A DNA stretch of 64,000 nt from Eledone cirrhosa (GCA_964016885.1 OZ024750.1:25420001-25484000); one strand, 5' to 3'. Shown: positions 1-15,519, counted from the first letter of the stretch. The notes: a model not told the origin generated them from the letters alone. Translations and numbers: made by a program.

Positions 1-348
1 GGGAACCTTTGGTTTAGATCGACCAGATGATGTGGTAAAGATAATTGTCTAAGATACCACAAAGTAGGAAGATTAATACTGGGACTTCAGACCCGATGAT
101 GTGGTAAAGATACTTGTCTAAGACACCACAGAGTAGAAAGATTAATCCCAGGACTTCATGATTGCCAGATGAACCTCCTCAACACTCAGCCATTTCTACA
201 TCCTCATGAAACAAATAATTATTAGCCAAATATATTAATTAGAATTACTACTTCTAGACTTGTTATTTAAATAATTAAAGACACGCTTGCTGAATATAAT
301 AAAACATTAGCTAGTGCCAAATTAGCAGTGTCAAATAACATTATTTAT

Positions 349-532
349 AGCGATGGATTGGCAGTATCGGTAGAGGGTCGGACGCCATGCTTTCCAGCAT
401 AGTTACGTCCCTTTACGATCTGAGTTCAAATCCCGCCGAGGTTGACTTTGCCTTTCATCTTTACGGGGTCGATAAAATAAAGTACCAGTAATGCGCTGGG
501 TATGTGCTGGCCTTGTGCCTAAAGTAGAAACA
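349..532 (+). mobile_element. tRNA-derived SINE, family A (about 20 copies in the window)
   Basis: A box TGGCAGTATCGGTAG, B box GAGTTCAAATCCC, central GCCTTTCATCCTTACGGGGTCGATAAAATAAAGTACCAGT (resembles the Sauria/Meta-SINE central domain, by recall) and tail GCTGGCCTTGTGCCTAAAGTAGAAAC. Confidence 0.85.
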
Positions 533-559
533 GTTATTTATAATTATAGTGACGAGAAA

Positions 560-750
560 GTATGTGGCTATGTGGATAGAACGCTGGAGTCACAATCACG
601 AGGTTGTGACTTCGATTCCCGGACCGGGAAATGTGTTGTGTCCTTGAGCAAGTCACTTTATTTCACGTTGTTTCAGTTAACTCGGCTGTAGAAATGAGTT
701 ACGACGTCACTGGTGCCAAGCTGTATCGGCTTTTACCTTTCCCTTGGACA
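560..750 (+). mobile_element. tRNA-derived SINE, family B (CORE-like central domain)
   Basis: tRNA-like head followed by GTGTCCTTGAGCAAGTCACTT. Its 3' part resumes near 1655-1850 after satellite. A related copy lies at about 8740-9050. Confidence 0.7.
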
Positions 751-777
751 ACATCATATATAGTGTATATATACTGT

Positions 778-1352
<575 letters not shown>

Positions 1353-1860
1353 AAAAGATTCAGGACCCCGACGGTTGAGCTCCGGCCGTTTCGACAGCTA
1401 GATCCGAACTCAGTTCAGATCTAGTTGTCGAAACGGCCGGAGCTCAGCTGTCGGGGTTTTGAATCTTTTCATATTACCCACTCTACTACCCCAAGTATCG
1501 AGTACTCTGGTGCATTATGGTCCACCTGGTGGCTTACCACACCCTCTTTGTTTATATATATACACTGTATATAATGTATATATAGTGTATACATAAGGTA
1601 CATACAGTGTATTTATATAGTGTACAGAATGTATATATAGAGTATATATGAGTTAGGACATCAATGGTGCCAAGCTGAATCGGTCTTTACCTTTCGCTTG
1701 GACAACATCGGTGGCGTGGTGAGGGGGAAACTGATATATTTGGGTGACTGCTTGTCTTCCACAAAAAAAAAAACACCTTGTCCGAGCTTGTGTCTCAAGG
1801 GAAGGGGAACATTCTAGATGCAAGACCCATGGTCATTCGTAACCGAACGTTTGTTTTACA

Positions 1861-2029
1861 TACCGTATTTCCCGGCGTCGAAGTCGCTACTTTTTTCCTA
1901 AAAAAAAGTCTACCTTGCGTCCTGGAGGCCGAAGGTTTTTATTATTTTTTTTTTTTATCAAATTTTTGGTGGTCAAAATTAGAGTGCGTCCTCGAGGACG
2001 AAGCGTCTTCGGTGCCGGGAAATACGGTA
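1861..2029. mobile_element. Tc1/mariner-superfamily (pogo/Tc2-like) MITE
   Basis: TA-flanked terminal inverted repeats CCGTATTTCCCGGC ... GCCGGGAAATACGG. Confidence 0.8.
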
Positions 2030-3874
2030 CATTACGAAGGCTACGATCCAAATTAAGGATTAAAAGATTGTTTGTTTTTTTTTAAAAACTACTTAGAAAT
2101 ATCTGTTCTTTCATCACCGACTTTTATTTTCAACTTTTTTCTTTGATTCTACTGTGGAAAAACAATGTTACTGGTTTGATAATCACACTATCACAGTTCC
2201 ACGTGATTCTTCTAGTCAAGGAATCGCTAAGACCTTGAATAGAAAACCCCTCAAATAAAGAATGTATTGATAAATATATCCTAGCCTTGAGTAATCTATT
2301 CAAGGATAAATTTGTCTTATTTCGGTCTTCACAACGCTGGCCTAAAATATTTGAAACAAAATAAAATATTTTAGAAATCTACCTCGTCTCTCTACTATTT
2401 CTCAATGTTTATCTTGATTTCAAGGTAGTTAGGATACTTTCTTCTTCTTCTTCTTCTATAGCTGCTGCTGCTTTTATTACTTCTTGTACCACCACCTACA
2501 CCAGCACCACTGCTACCACTACCACCACTGCTGCAGTTACTACTACTTTTACTACTACTATTACTACTACTACTAACACTACCACCACTACTACTACTGC
2601 AGTTACTTCTACTACCACCACCACCACTACTACTGCAGTTACTACTACTACCACCACCACCACCACCACAACTACAACTATTACTACTGCAGTTACTACT
2701 ACTACTACTACAGTAACTAATAATAATAATAATAATACTACCCCCCCCCCACTATTAATGCAACCACTACCCCTCTGACCTTTCTTATCCCCACCATCAT
2801 CATCATCATCATCCTCATGACCCTTATCACTATTTCTATTTTTTGTTCGTATTTTTTTCTTTTCTTTATCTTTATCTCTTCTATTGTTATCATTCCTTTC
2901 ACCACTGTTTGTCTTCTGTCCACCCCACCACCACACACAGCCACCCAACACGCCACACACCCACACATTTTCACTCCCCCCCCCCCCCGTTTTTGTTTTG
3001 CTAACTAAAAATACCGCCGCTGTCTAATCTTGGCGGCCATATTAAATGTCAGCTAAAAAAGGTATTTGCTGATTTAAGTCTTGTTGTGAAAAATGTCTCA
3101 AGGTTGATCTTAAAGAATTGTTTAGGAGGAAGGCTTGAGAAATTGATCGATAGACTGAGCTATTGGCAACACAAATACATTCACTGCTTGATCTATTATT
3201 ATATTCTCTCAAACACACACATACATACATACATACATACATACATACATACATACATACATACATACATACATACATTTCATGGGTATATACATACATA
3301 CATACATACATACATACATACATACATACATACATACATACATGGGTATATACATACATACATACATACATACATACATTTCATGGGTATATACATACAT
3401 ACATACATACATACATACATACATACATACATACATGGGTATATACATACATACATACATACATACATACATGGGTATATACATACATACATACATACAT
3501 ACATACATACATACATACATACATACATACATACATACATACATGGGTATATACATACATACATACATACATACATACATACATACATACATACATACAT
3601 GGGTACATACATACATACATACATACATACATACATACATGGGTATATACATACATACATACATACATACATACATACATACATACATACATACATACAT
3701 ACATGGGAGTGGTACAGGATGTTAAGGGTTAATGGAGGTGGTTTTGGAAGGGCAGGTCTGTGTGTAAAGGTTTAAGGACATAAGTTTTTGAGACACTCTG
3801 CTCTACGTGGTCCCTCACTCTGCTAAATATAGCAGCCAGGTTACCGCAGAACCATATATATACATACATACATG

Positions 3875-3966
<92 letters not shown>

Positions 3967-4120
3967 GGTGTGGGTGTATGTATGTATATATGTATATATA
4001 TATGTATGTATGCATATATGTACATGCATACATATATATATACGTACGTACATACATATAGACTTATATAGGTACATGCATACATATATATGAACGTACA
4101 TACGCACATACATACGTACA

Positions 4121-4347
4121 TGGTGGCTGCCAACTCGTTTTCGAGTACGGCCACTACTTTATATCCATGTAGGAGAACCCCTACCGATGCGCTGAACGAG
4201 TGTGAATTTTTAGTCCAGCCAGTGACTTGAAAACTCTGGTACAAACACTACACTTGTGACAATTATTGACACAGTGCTGGGCCCATGGTACCATGTGACG
4301 GCAAGTGCAGAGAGATCTCCAGATATAAAGCAATGCCTGTGCCGTGA
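4121..4347 (-). mobile_element. 3' end of an RTE-like LINE (C-terminal C2H2 finger plus 3' UTR)
   Basis: - strand gives [23 protein letters not shown], then a short UTR running into microsatellite. A second copy lies at 30278-30477. Confidence 0.7.
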
Positions 4348-4784
4348 AGCTTTTATAGTGAGAAAAGGCACTGCACAAAGCCAGTCCCACTCTCTTAACC
4401 AAGATGATATTTACCAAAAAGAAGAACAAGTCAACATCATTGGATACCATCAGGGTTGCAGGTGTTATATCAGAGTTTTCCTTCTCCTAGAATTCTGCCT
4501 TGACAAAGGCTAAGGGGTCATCTCTCGTACGTATGTATGTATGTACATACGTACATACATACATACATACGTACGTACGTACATAAATATATACATACAT
4601 ACGCACATACATACGTACGTACGTACAAGCATACATACGTACGAACGTACATATATACGTACATACATACATACATACATACATACATACATACATACAT
4701 ACATACATACATACATACGTACGTACAACCATACGTACTTACACACACACGTACACACACACGTACACACACACACACACATAT

Positions 4785-4829
<45 letters not shown>

Positions 4830-5399
4830 TACATAATAGCTGCATCTCTGTTTCGAAAACTGTCATCCCTTGACTTTTTTCTCGTACAAGGGTGGCACTA
4901 ACATGACGTTTTAACCCTGCCAATGACAGATTCCTTTCTGCACATGCTACAGCAAACGAAAAAAACCATGCTCATGCAACCATGCTACGCAACACACATG
5001 AAAGCCGTTTAGATCAAGTAATACCTGTGCTTGGAGCTTCTTTTTTTTAAAGTGAGGAAAGTTCTTGCGCTGATCCAGTCCCACTCTCTGAACAACGGTG
5101 ATATGCAGAGGTATAACAAGGGGAAAAGAGCACCTATGGCAAGCAGTGAAATTGCACCCCTACCCAGCACTGTATTTTTACCTATGGGCTTAATAATTTA
5201 TATAAATGGTTTAATCATCCAGCCACCATAGTGTTCTCACCCATGATGATCAAAGACAGATCATACGTTTGAAGGCGTTTCTGTTTCACTCTCCGGCGAG
5301 GCTTATTTGACATTAATAGAACGTGTTCCTAGTCCATGTGACGTACCATGCTTGCCATACTCTAGTTACGCCTCTGGTCACAGGTATCCAAAATAATGG

Positions 5400-5612
5400 T
5401 TTCTTATATAGGCACAAGGCCAGCAATTTTGGGGAGGGGAAAGTCGATTAAATCGGCTCCAGTACATAACTGGTACTTTATTTTATCGACCCCATATGGA
5501 TGAAAGGCAAAGTTAACCTCGGTGGGATTTGAACTCAGATCATAAAGGGCCGTAACTCTATGTTGCAAAGCATGGCGTCCGACCTTCTACCGATACTGCA
5601 AATCCACCGTCT
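5400..5612 (-). mobile_element. SINE family A copy
   Basis: Reverse complement of the family A consensus. ACAGGTATCCAAAATAA is repeated on both sides, like a target-site duplication. Confidence 0.85.
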
Positions 5613-5844
5613 TCACAGGTATCCAAAATAACAACAGATCAACATCATTGGCTTCCAACGAGTCCCAGGTTTTACATCAGAGATTTCCTTCTCCTAGAAT
5701 GATGTCCTAACAAAAATTAGGGTTCTCGTACGCCTGGTGGGTTAAAAACATGCTCGGGCACCGAGTATTTCCATATCCCCGCGCATACATATATACATGC
5801 GTACATAACCGAGTCTGTATGCGTGTGTTGTTTCTGTTTACTTT

Positions 5845-5941
<97 letters not shown>

Positions 5942-5987
5942 CATACACAATGCTACACACACACATATATATACACATACACCATGC

Positions 5988-6060
<73 letters not shown>

Positions 6061-6147
6061 CAACAAACACACACACAAATATATATATATATATATATAT
6101 AATAAGTTGGCGGAACTAGCATGGGTTTCACTGCTAGTACCGGTTGC

Positions 6148-6191
<44 letters not shown>

Positions 6192-6432
6192 TATATATAT
6201 ATATATAAGGGATAACAAAATATCCTTATAGGTAATCCAGTTAGAGGTTGTGAATACTTCTCGTTGTGGATAGTTTTAGCGTACAGCGTTGTTTGACTCA
6301 ACCAGAGGTTTACGTAGATGGCGAGTTTATGATTTCACTTGTATTCCTATGTAAGTTTATTTTGGAGTAATACAATTGAAAAAGTGAAGAATAACGTGGT
6401 CAACAGTACAAAAAAAAGGGATTTATTTACAG

Positions 6433-6536
6433 TCTGACAATTGTTTCACTGATTAAGTTGTCTAAAAATTGCTGAACACTAGAAGCAGTGCCACTCAATT
6501 TTAAATACGATGTTAGCCTAATCAGATCATCGGATA
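6433..6536 (-). ncRNA. Degenerate hammerhead with large helix II insertion
   Basis: - strand reads CCGATGA t ctgatta...taatcag t GAAA caattg TC aga. Palindromic helix III ACAATTGT and a GUC triplet; the core has U4C. Confidence 0.45.
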
Positions 6537-6568
6537 TACATACATACATACATACATACATACATACA

Positions 6569-6600
<32 letters not shown>

Positions 6601-7528
6601 CATCTCACACACACACATATACATCTCACACACACACACATATACATCTCACATACACACACACACACATATACATCTCACACACATATATATATATATA
6701 TATATATCACACACACACACACATATATATATCTCACACACACACACACATATACATCTCACACACACATATATATATATATATCACACACACACACACA
6801 TATATACATCTCTCACACACACACACATATATACATCTCACACACACACACACACATATATACATCTCACACACACACACACATATATACATCTCACACA
6901 CACACACACATATATATATCTCACACACACACACACATATATACATCTCTCACACACACACACACATATACATCTCACACACACACACACATATATACAT
7001 CTCTCACACACACACACACATATACATCTCACACACACACACATATACATCTCACACACACACACATCTCACACACACACACACATCTCACACACATATA
7101 TATATATACGCTATATACGCTATATATACACACACAGACACACACACAGACAGACACACACACAGACAGACAGTGATACGCCTCCACTGACACTAAATTT
7201 AGCCTTCAATAATAAAAGAAGAAAAATGTTGAGAAAGTTTGTCATTGACTTATGTTGTAGTAGACAGAATTATCACGTGTCTCTTTACCAGAGTCTTGGT
7301 AGGGGGAGGTGGATGGTGCAGTGGTTCTTTCACAAATGAGGTCAAACATGAGGATTTAACTTAACTAGTTCATGGCCACAACGGAATAAAATAAACACAT
7401 ACACATACACATACACACGAAGCATATATATATATATACATACACACACATACACCCTTTTACATATACACATATTCACATATTCTGACATTCATACATT
7501 CACACACGCAATCACACATGTATACTAA

Positions 7529-7607
<79 letters not shown>

Positions 7608-7910
7608 TCACCCACACACGCACACGCACACACACACTGTGGTGTCCAGTTTTTCTACTTTAGCAGCTAAGAGATATTTATGTATTATACTGGACAGACT
7701 GGTTAAAAAGTTTTTTTCGCAACCCTGAAGTCCCGTGTTCAAGATATATAACATCTAGGACAAGTATCGTTACTATAGCCCTGGGTTGAGCCAAGCCTCG
7801 TAGTGGCATACAGTGTATTTGGGGCATTTTAAACCTGACAGAACCCATCCCTACTCATAGACTTCCAAACGCAGTCAGTACACATGTCAAAACATTTGTA
7901 TGATTATATT

Positions 7911-8275
7911 TGGCGGTGGATTGGCAGTATCAGTAGAGGGTCGGACGCCATGCTTTGACGCATAGAGTTACGGCCCTTGCCATTCTGAGTTCAAAACCCG
8001 CCGAGGTTAACTTTGTCTTTCATCCTTACGGGGTCGATAAAATAAAGTACCAGTAATGCACTGGGTAATTGCTGGCCTTGTGCCAAAAGTAGAAACAATT
8101 TTTATATTTGGTAATATCGGTAGAGGTTCAGACGCCAGGCTTTGCAGCATGTAGTTACGGCCTTTTACGGTCTGCGTTCAAATCCCGCCGAGGTTCACTT
8201 TGCCTTTCATCTTTACGGGGTCGATAAAAAAATTACCACTGAGTAATTGCTGGCCTTGTGCCAAAAGTAGAAACA
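7911..8275 (+). mobile_element. Two head-to-tail SINE family A copies
   Basis: Consensus matches at about 7911-8097 and 8109-8275. Confidence 0.85.
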
Positions 8276-9340
8276 TTTATTATATTATAATGATTAAGGT
8301 GTAAGGAGACAGTGTCTATACTTTCATAATGTTATATTGTAATAATTAAAGTCTAGAAATAGTATTAATACCTTCATAGTATTATATTATGATATTAAGG
8401 TGTAAACAGATTGTTTACACCATCATAATGTTATATAATATAATTAAGGTGTAAAGGGATTGTCTACACCTTTATAATCTGTTTGTTTATAATAATTAAG
8501 GTGTAGAGAGTGATACATCTTCATAATGTTTATACCTTTATAATGTTACATTATAGTTATTGTGAAAAGAGTGTTTATACCTTTATAATCTGTTGTTAAG
8601 GAATAAACAAAGCTGTGTTATGAAGCTTTATAAAGAAAAAGTTATTAATAACGTGGCGAAACCGATAATTCGGCAGAGATCTTGAACCAAATGTGCTGGA
8701 AGATCTGTGTAGTACCTGTATATATTTTGTTATAATAGTGAGGGCGAGTGGTTTATTGGTTAAAGTGTTCAGTTAACGATTGTAAATGACGTGATTTCAA
8801 TTTCCGGCAGTGAATTGCGTCCTTGAGCAAGACACTTTAGTTTACCTTGCTCCTTTTCTCTCAGTAGGAAAAAATCATTGGACTTGTTTTGTCACACACT
8901 ATGTCATACTGAATCTCCCTGAGAACTACGTTAAGTGTATATCTGTTTATGGAATGCTCAGTCACTTGCGCGGTAATTACACGTTCAAGTTTTTCCGTTG
9001 ACCAAGCAACTGGAACACGTATCCTCGGAACAATCGGAGCTCCAGCATGTACAGATACATATTTGTTATAATAAATATATTTTAACGTTAAATTTATTTG
9101 TCTAATATTCTCCGCCATTTTGTAAAGTAAAATAATAAATCGCTGTTCCCTGCTGAACTTTCCGGAACTTCAAATGGAAAAACAGGTCAAATCATTGACG
9201 TACAAAAGTGGGCAGCGTTGTGAAATTGTATAAGCATCAAATGGTCTTTCTACAATCTCTCGCCGATATAATTTGGTATTTATTACATCACTACATCAAG
9301 ACAATTTGATATCTTTCTGACACTTTTGAACCGGAGATTG

Positions 9341-9415
9341 ATGATGTGTACAGCTTTTATACATAGCAACTCTTTTCTCCTCCTCCCTCTCCTTTCCGTC
9401 ACTGATGCAATAGGT
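9341..9415 (+). CDS. Possible signal-peptide first exon of the serine protease ([25 protein letters not shown])
   Basis: ATG, a short hydrophobic run and a GTAAGT donor at 9416 in an island of unique sequence, with a TATA-like GTATAAG near 9228. Linkage to the protease is inference only. Confidence 0.35.
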
Positions 9416-9490
9416 GTAAGTAAACGTAAGCATACACGTTTACATATATCAATTGCAATGCGTGTATATGTATTTACAGGTACACGCACA

Positions 9491-9578
<88 letters not shown>

Positions 9579-9590
9579 TAATTTATATAC

Positions 9591-9622
<32 letters not shown>

Positions 9623-9736
9623 GAATATAAATACATATATATATATAAATATATATACATATATATATATAAATATATATACATATATATATATAAATAT
9701 ATATACATATATATATATAAATATATATACATATAT

Positions 9737-9821
<85 letters not shown>

Positions 9822-10045
9822 CATACATATATACATATATACATACATATATACATACATACATATATATATACATATATATATATATACATATATATAT
9901 ATACATATACATATATATACATATATATATATACATATACATACATATATATACATATACATATATATATATACATATACATATATATATATATATATAT
10001 ACATATACATACATATACATATATACATACATATACATATATACA

Positions 10046-10076
<31 letters not shown>

Positions 10077-10492
10077 ATATACAAATATACATATACATAC
10101 ATATACATATATACATACATATACATATATACATACATATACATATATATATATACAAATATAGATATACATATATATACATATATATACACACATATAT
10201 ATATATACATATACATATATATACACACATATATATATACATATACATATATACATATATATACACAGATATATATATATATATACACATATATATATAT
10301 ATACATATATATACACATATATATATATACATATATATACACATATATATATACATATATATACATATACCTACATATATATACACACACATGTATACAC
10401 ACATATATATACACACATATATACACACATATATACACACACATATATACACACATATACATACACACATATACATATATATACATATATAC

Positions 10493-10537
<45 letters not shown>

Positions 10538-10914
10538 GCGTAGAGAGAGAGAGAGAATTAAGAAGGGTTTTCCGAATACGGTAGGGAAGAAACTACAGTT
10601 AAAAAGGTTACTCAACATAAGTAGAGAAGATACATGTTTATTTTATTTTAAAATGGATTCTACAGAACTAGAACTGTTTCATTTGTATGAATCTTTCATT
10701 CCTGATGATTTCCTATATATATATATATATATATAATTTTATATATATATATATAAAATGATATATATATATATATAATTTTATATATATATATATATAA
10801 AATGAAAAAAAAATGAAAACGAAATTTCATTTCTCACTCTTAGTATGGCACTTACTTAAATGTAAGTATGTATGTATACGTACATACATATATGTATACA
10901 GACGTACAGTAGCA

Positions 10915-10953
<39 letters not shown>

Positions 10954-11115
10954 GCATACAGGTACACATACATATATGCACGCATCAGTTTAGCCGACGT
11001 TTATTATAACGCCGGCCGCTTTGTTCGTTTGTTTGTCAACAAACCGAACAGCCTGAATTTATGCCATACGGTGTTAAGGCAACCACGTCACCTTTTTGTT
11101 CAACACTGACACAGG

Positions 11116-11160
11116 AACGATGTACTAGTTTCAAGCTTGTTAGCTATCATCAGCACCGTT
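11116..11160 (-). ncRNA. Minimal type-I hammerhead ribozyme, copy 1 of the tandem unit
   Basis: - strand reads aacggtg CTGATGA t agct aaca agct t GAAA ctag TA catcgtt: 7-bp helix I, 4-bp helix II, palindromic helix III (ACTAGT) and a GUA cleavage triplet. Confidence 0.8.
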
Positions 11161-11589
11161 TACCCATCTGCCAGATAGTTGAACGTTCGAAAGTATATAC
11201 TTTCCGTATGAAAATTAACGGCTGAGCAGCCTAATTTGCATATTGAGTGAGTTAAATCGGTCAGGCATACCGAAAACGATAAGTTGAAAAAAAAATGAAA
11301 ACGAAATTTCATTTCTCACTCTTAGTATGGCACTTACTTAAATGTAAGTATGTATGTATACGTACATACATATATGTATACAGACGTACAGTAGCATGCA
11401 TATATATATATATATATATACACATATGCATACAGGTACACATACATATATGCACGCATCAGTTTAGCCGACGTTTATTATAACGCCGGCCGCTTTGTTC
11501 GTTTGTTTGTCAACAAACCGAACAGCCTGAATTTATGCCATACGGTGTTAAGGCAACCACGTCACCTTTTTGTTCAACACTGACACAGG

Positions 11590-11634
11590 AACGATGTACT
11601 AGTTTCAAGCTTGTTAGCTATCATCAGCACCGTT
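11590..11634 (-). ncRNA. Minimal type-I hammerhead ribozyme, copy 2 of the tandem unit
   Basis: Identical to 11116-11160 and 474 bp away. Confidence 0.8.
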
Positions 11635-11870
11635 TACCCATCTGCCAGATAGTTGAACGTTCGAAAGTATATACTTTCCGTATGAAAATTAACGGCTGAG
11701 CAGCCTAATTTGCATATTGAGTGAGTTAAATCGGTCAGGCATACCGAAAACGATAAGTTGAAAAAAAAATGAAAACGAAATTTCATTTCTCACTCTTAGT
11801 ATGGCACTTACTTAAATGTAAGTATGTATGTATACGTACATACATATATGTATACAGACGTACAGTAGCA

Positions 11871-11923
<53 letters not shown>

Positions 11924-12273
11924 GCATACAGGTACACATATGCATACAGGTACACATACATATATGCACGCATCAGTTTAGCCGACGTTTATTATAACGC
12001 CGGCCGCTTTGTTCGTTTGTTTGTCAACAAACCGAACAGCCTGAATTTATGCCATACGGTGTTAAGGCAACCACGTCACCTTTTTGTTCAACACGTCGGC
12101 TAAACTGATGCGTGCATATATGTATGTGTACCTGTATGCATATGTGTATATATATATATATATATATATGCATGCTACTGTACGTCTGTATACATATATG
12201 TATGTACGTATACATACATACTTACATATATATAAAATGATATATATATATATATATAATTTTATATAAAATG

Positions 12274-12305
<32 letters not shown>

Positions 12306-12450
12306 ATATATATATATATATAAAATGATATATATATATATATATATATAATTTTATATATATATATATATAAAATGATACCGTTTCCTTTCGCTATATG
12401 TCTCTCCACCACGTCCCTACACACCCTTTGAACTCTGTTCCCATACACTT

Positions 12451-12486
12451 CTCACCTGAGGAAGGGCTTATGCCCGAAACATCGTT
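12451..12486 (+). ncRNA. Degenerate minimal hammerhead, Penelope-type
   Basis: ctcac CTGAGGA a gggc ttat gccc GAAA ca TC gt, with AATAAA about 35 nt downstream. Confidence 0.55.
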
Positions 12487-12622
12487 CCCCACCACCACCC
12501 CACTCTCCAGAGCGTGAAATTAATAAACATTCGTTGTACTGCCTCTCTGTTTTGTTCCTGTTCAAATGTTTCCATTATATATATATATATATATATAATT
12601 TTATATATATATATATATAAAA

Positions 12623-12685
<63 letters not shown>

Positions 12686-13050
12686 TATATATATATATAT
12701 ATATCATTTTATATATATATATATAAAATGATATATATATATATATATATATATCATTTTATATATATATATATAAAATGATATATATATATATATATAT
12801 ATCATTTTATATATATATATATATAAAATGATATATATATATATATAATTTTATATATATATATATATAAAATGATATATATATATATATATATAATTTT
12901 ATATATATATATAATTTTATATATATATATATATATAAAATGATATATATATATATATATAAAATGATATATATATATATATATAATTTTATATATATAT
13001 ATAAAATGATATATATATATATATAATTTTATATATATATATATATAAAA

Positions 13051-13096
<46 letters not shown>

Positions 13097-13657
13097 ATAT
13101 ATAAAATGATATATATATATATATATATAATTTTATATATATATATATATAAAATGATATATATATATATTTATATATAATTTTATATATATATATATAA
13201 AATGATATATATATATATAAAATGATATATATATATATAAAATGATATATATATATATATATATGCGTGTGTGTGTGTGTGTGTCTGTGTATGCTGTATG
13301 TGTGAACGTGTGTTGCATGCAATTCAATAATGTGTGAAATTCTCTCACATTTCTTACCGAATTATTTACTTCCATCTGAATAATGTCGGAATCAATTTTC
13401 TATTCTATTACTTAAGATCTTCAGTTCTGTATAAAGTAGTCTTACACTTCACTTTCTTTCCAGTCGAGTCTTTTTGTGTGTTAGGAGAATTCATGCACAC
13501 ACATATATATATACACGTATACATATACTCACAGATATACATACATATATCTACATACACATACACGCACATATACATACACACACACGCTTTCCTTTTA
13601 TTTCTAAATACACTTTATCAAGAAACAACACAACCCCTTGTTTCGTATATATATACA

Positions 13658-13721
<64 letters not shown>

Positions 13722-13771
13722 TATATGTATATATATATATATACAGTATATGTATATATATATATATACAG

Positions 13772-13848
<77 letters not shown>

Positions 13849-14348
13849 ACTCACACGTATGTATGTGTTATTCAAATTAAGCAATGAAAACTTCTTAAAG
13901 TGTTGTATATTTCTACATCTGTGACAACAGCACGAGAAATAAATATATCGATATACTTCTAAATGTCTCAATTCTCTGATAAATAGATCGAGATCAATAC
14001 ATATGTCAATATATAATTCTCTTGCTTTTCACTCCAATTTGAAAATCCCACTTTTGCTAAAACCTTTCAACACTTGTAACAGTATTATAGGTGATAAGCA
14101 TGTGTCTAGTTCAACGAGAATTGTATATCAATTAAGCTTCTTCGCAATCAGGAAGACTGCAATGAGGGGGCGATGTCAGAACGGATAAGGTTTAATTTGA
14201 TTTAATAGATGCAAAGTAGAGGAAAGTAGGGAATTTGTTAAAATTAATTTATATGTAAAAGTCATTGTGGAAATATTGTGGTTCAAGTTTAAACAGTAAA
14301 ACAGAGAGTAAGATTGATCGGAGAAGAGTAGACAGGAACACCAAGTCT

Positions 14349-14800
14349 AACATATCAGTGAGCTAAACTGGGGAAGCTTTTAGTGAAATGGCGTCTGGTA
14401 TCTTAATAATAAAAATATCAGTGAGCTGAACTGGGGACATTTTGTGTGAAATGGCGTCTGGTATCTTAATGATAGACATATCAGTGAGTTGAACTGGGGA
14501 AAATTTTAGTGAAATAGCGTCTGGTATCTTGGGTAGAAATATCAGTGAGCTGAACTGGGGACATTTTGTGTGAAATTGCGTCTGGTGTCGTAGGTAGATA
14601 TATCAGGAAGGTGAACCTGGGAAAGTTTTAGTGAAATGTCGTCTGGTATTTTAACGATAGACATATCAAATACTGAACTGGGGACATGTTTAGTGAAATG
14701 GCGTCTGGTATCTTAGATAGACATCTCGAAGAGCTGAACTGGGGACAGGTTTAGTGAAATGGCGTCTGATACCTTAATGGTAGATATCTCAGGGTGTTAA
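14349..14800. repeat. Diverged minisatellite of about 60 bp, 7-8 copies
   Basis: Recurring ATATCAGTGAGCTGAACTGGGG...GTGAAATGGCGTCTGGTATCTT. Confidence 0.9.
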
Positions 14801-14941
14801 ACTATGAACCACTTTTTAAAAAGACTATGAAAGTGTTAGCTATATGTAATTGAAAACACCCTTTTTGTGTTTTCTCCTCTATATACTGTATTATGAAGAG
14901 CCCGGTACTTATTCCTTGAGCTCATTAAATTACAATTTTTT

Positions 14942-14974
<33 letters not shown>

Positions 14975-15413
14975 GATGATGCCACATAATAGTATCGAAC
15001 CCATGACCTGATGAATTGCAACAGTCTATTTTGTGTATGTGCCTTTAACCCTTTAGCTTTAAATCGATCATATCTGGCCAGAATTTTCTCACCTTTTTTT
15101 TGTTCAAACCGGCTGTAACCGGCCACTCATACTGATATTAAGGTATTGTTATATAGAGAGTATGATGGTTTTACCTGCGTGATGCAACTGAGTTGTTGAA
15201 TTATTTATGAATGTATTTGCTAGAATACCTGTGTTTATATAGTTAATACGTCTTTCTTATATAGAAAACGAGAGAAATGAAAGCTCCACATCTTTCCCAA
15301 AGAAATTTTACTAGAATTCATGAAAAAGACTTCATGAAAGTTTCACGTAGCAAAGAATTCGTTTTTCATTAACCCTTTACTAATTTTTAAATTAACTTTT
15401 TACTGTATTACAG

Positions 15414-15519
15414 GCCGTTTTATGGTAACTTAAAGAACTGGCGTGTGGTATTGTCTGAGGGAAACTTAGAAATAAAGTCTGGTTCCGAAGTCTATCGTAA
15501 ACTGTCAAGAATTATCAGC
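15414..15519 (+). CDS. S1A serine protease, internal exon just after the His57 region: (x)PFYGNLKNWRVVLSEGNLEIKSGSEVYRKLSRIIS
   Basis: Pyrimidine tract plus CAG at 15411-13 and GTAAGT donor at 15520. WRVVLxExNL...SRII(HP) is typical of trypsin-fold proteases. Starts in phase 2, ends in phase 0 and joins the next exon in frame. Confidence 0.88.

Larger units (their letters stand above)
10803..12227 (-). mobile_element. Tandem array of a 474-482-bp hammerhead-bearing unit (two full copies plus a truncated one) with an inverted tail; Penelope pLTR/retrozyme-like
   Basis: Near-identical units start near 10803, 11286 and 11760 and differ mainly in (TA)n length. The third breaks off near 12094 and is followed by an inverted copy of part of the unit. 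Flanked by TA-rich satellite. Confidence 0.75.

Noticed and set aside
349-440. tRNA gene
   Set aside because: The A and B boxes belong to a SINE head that runs into a conserved SINE body in about 20 copies; no full cloverleaf is evident.
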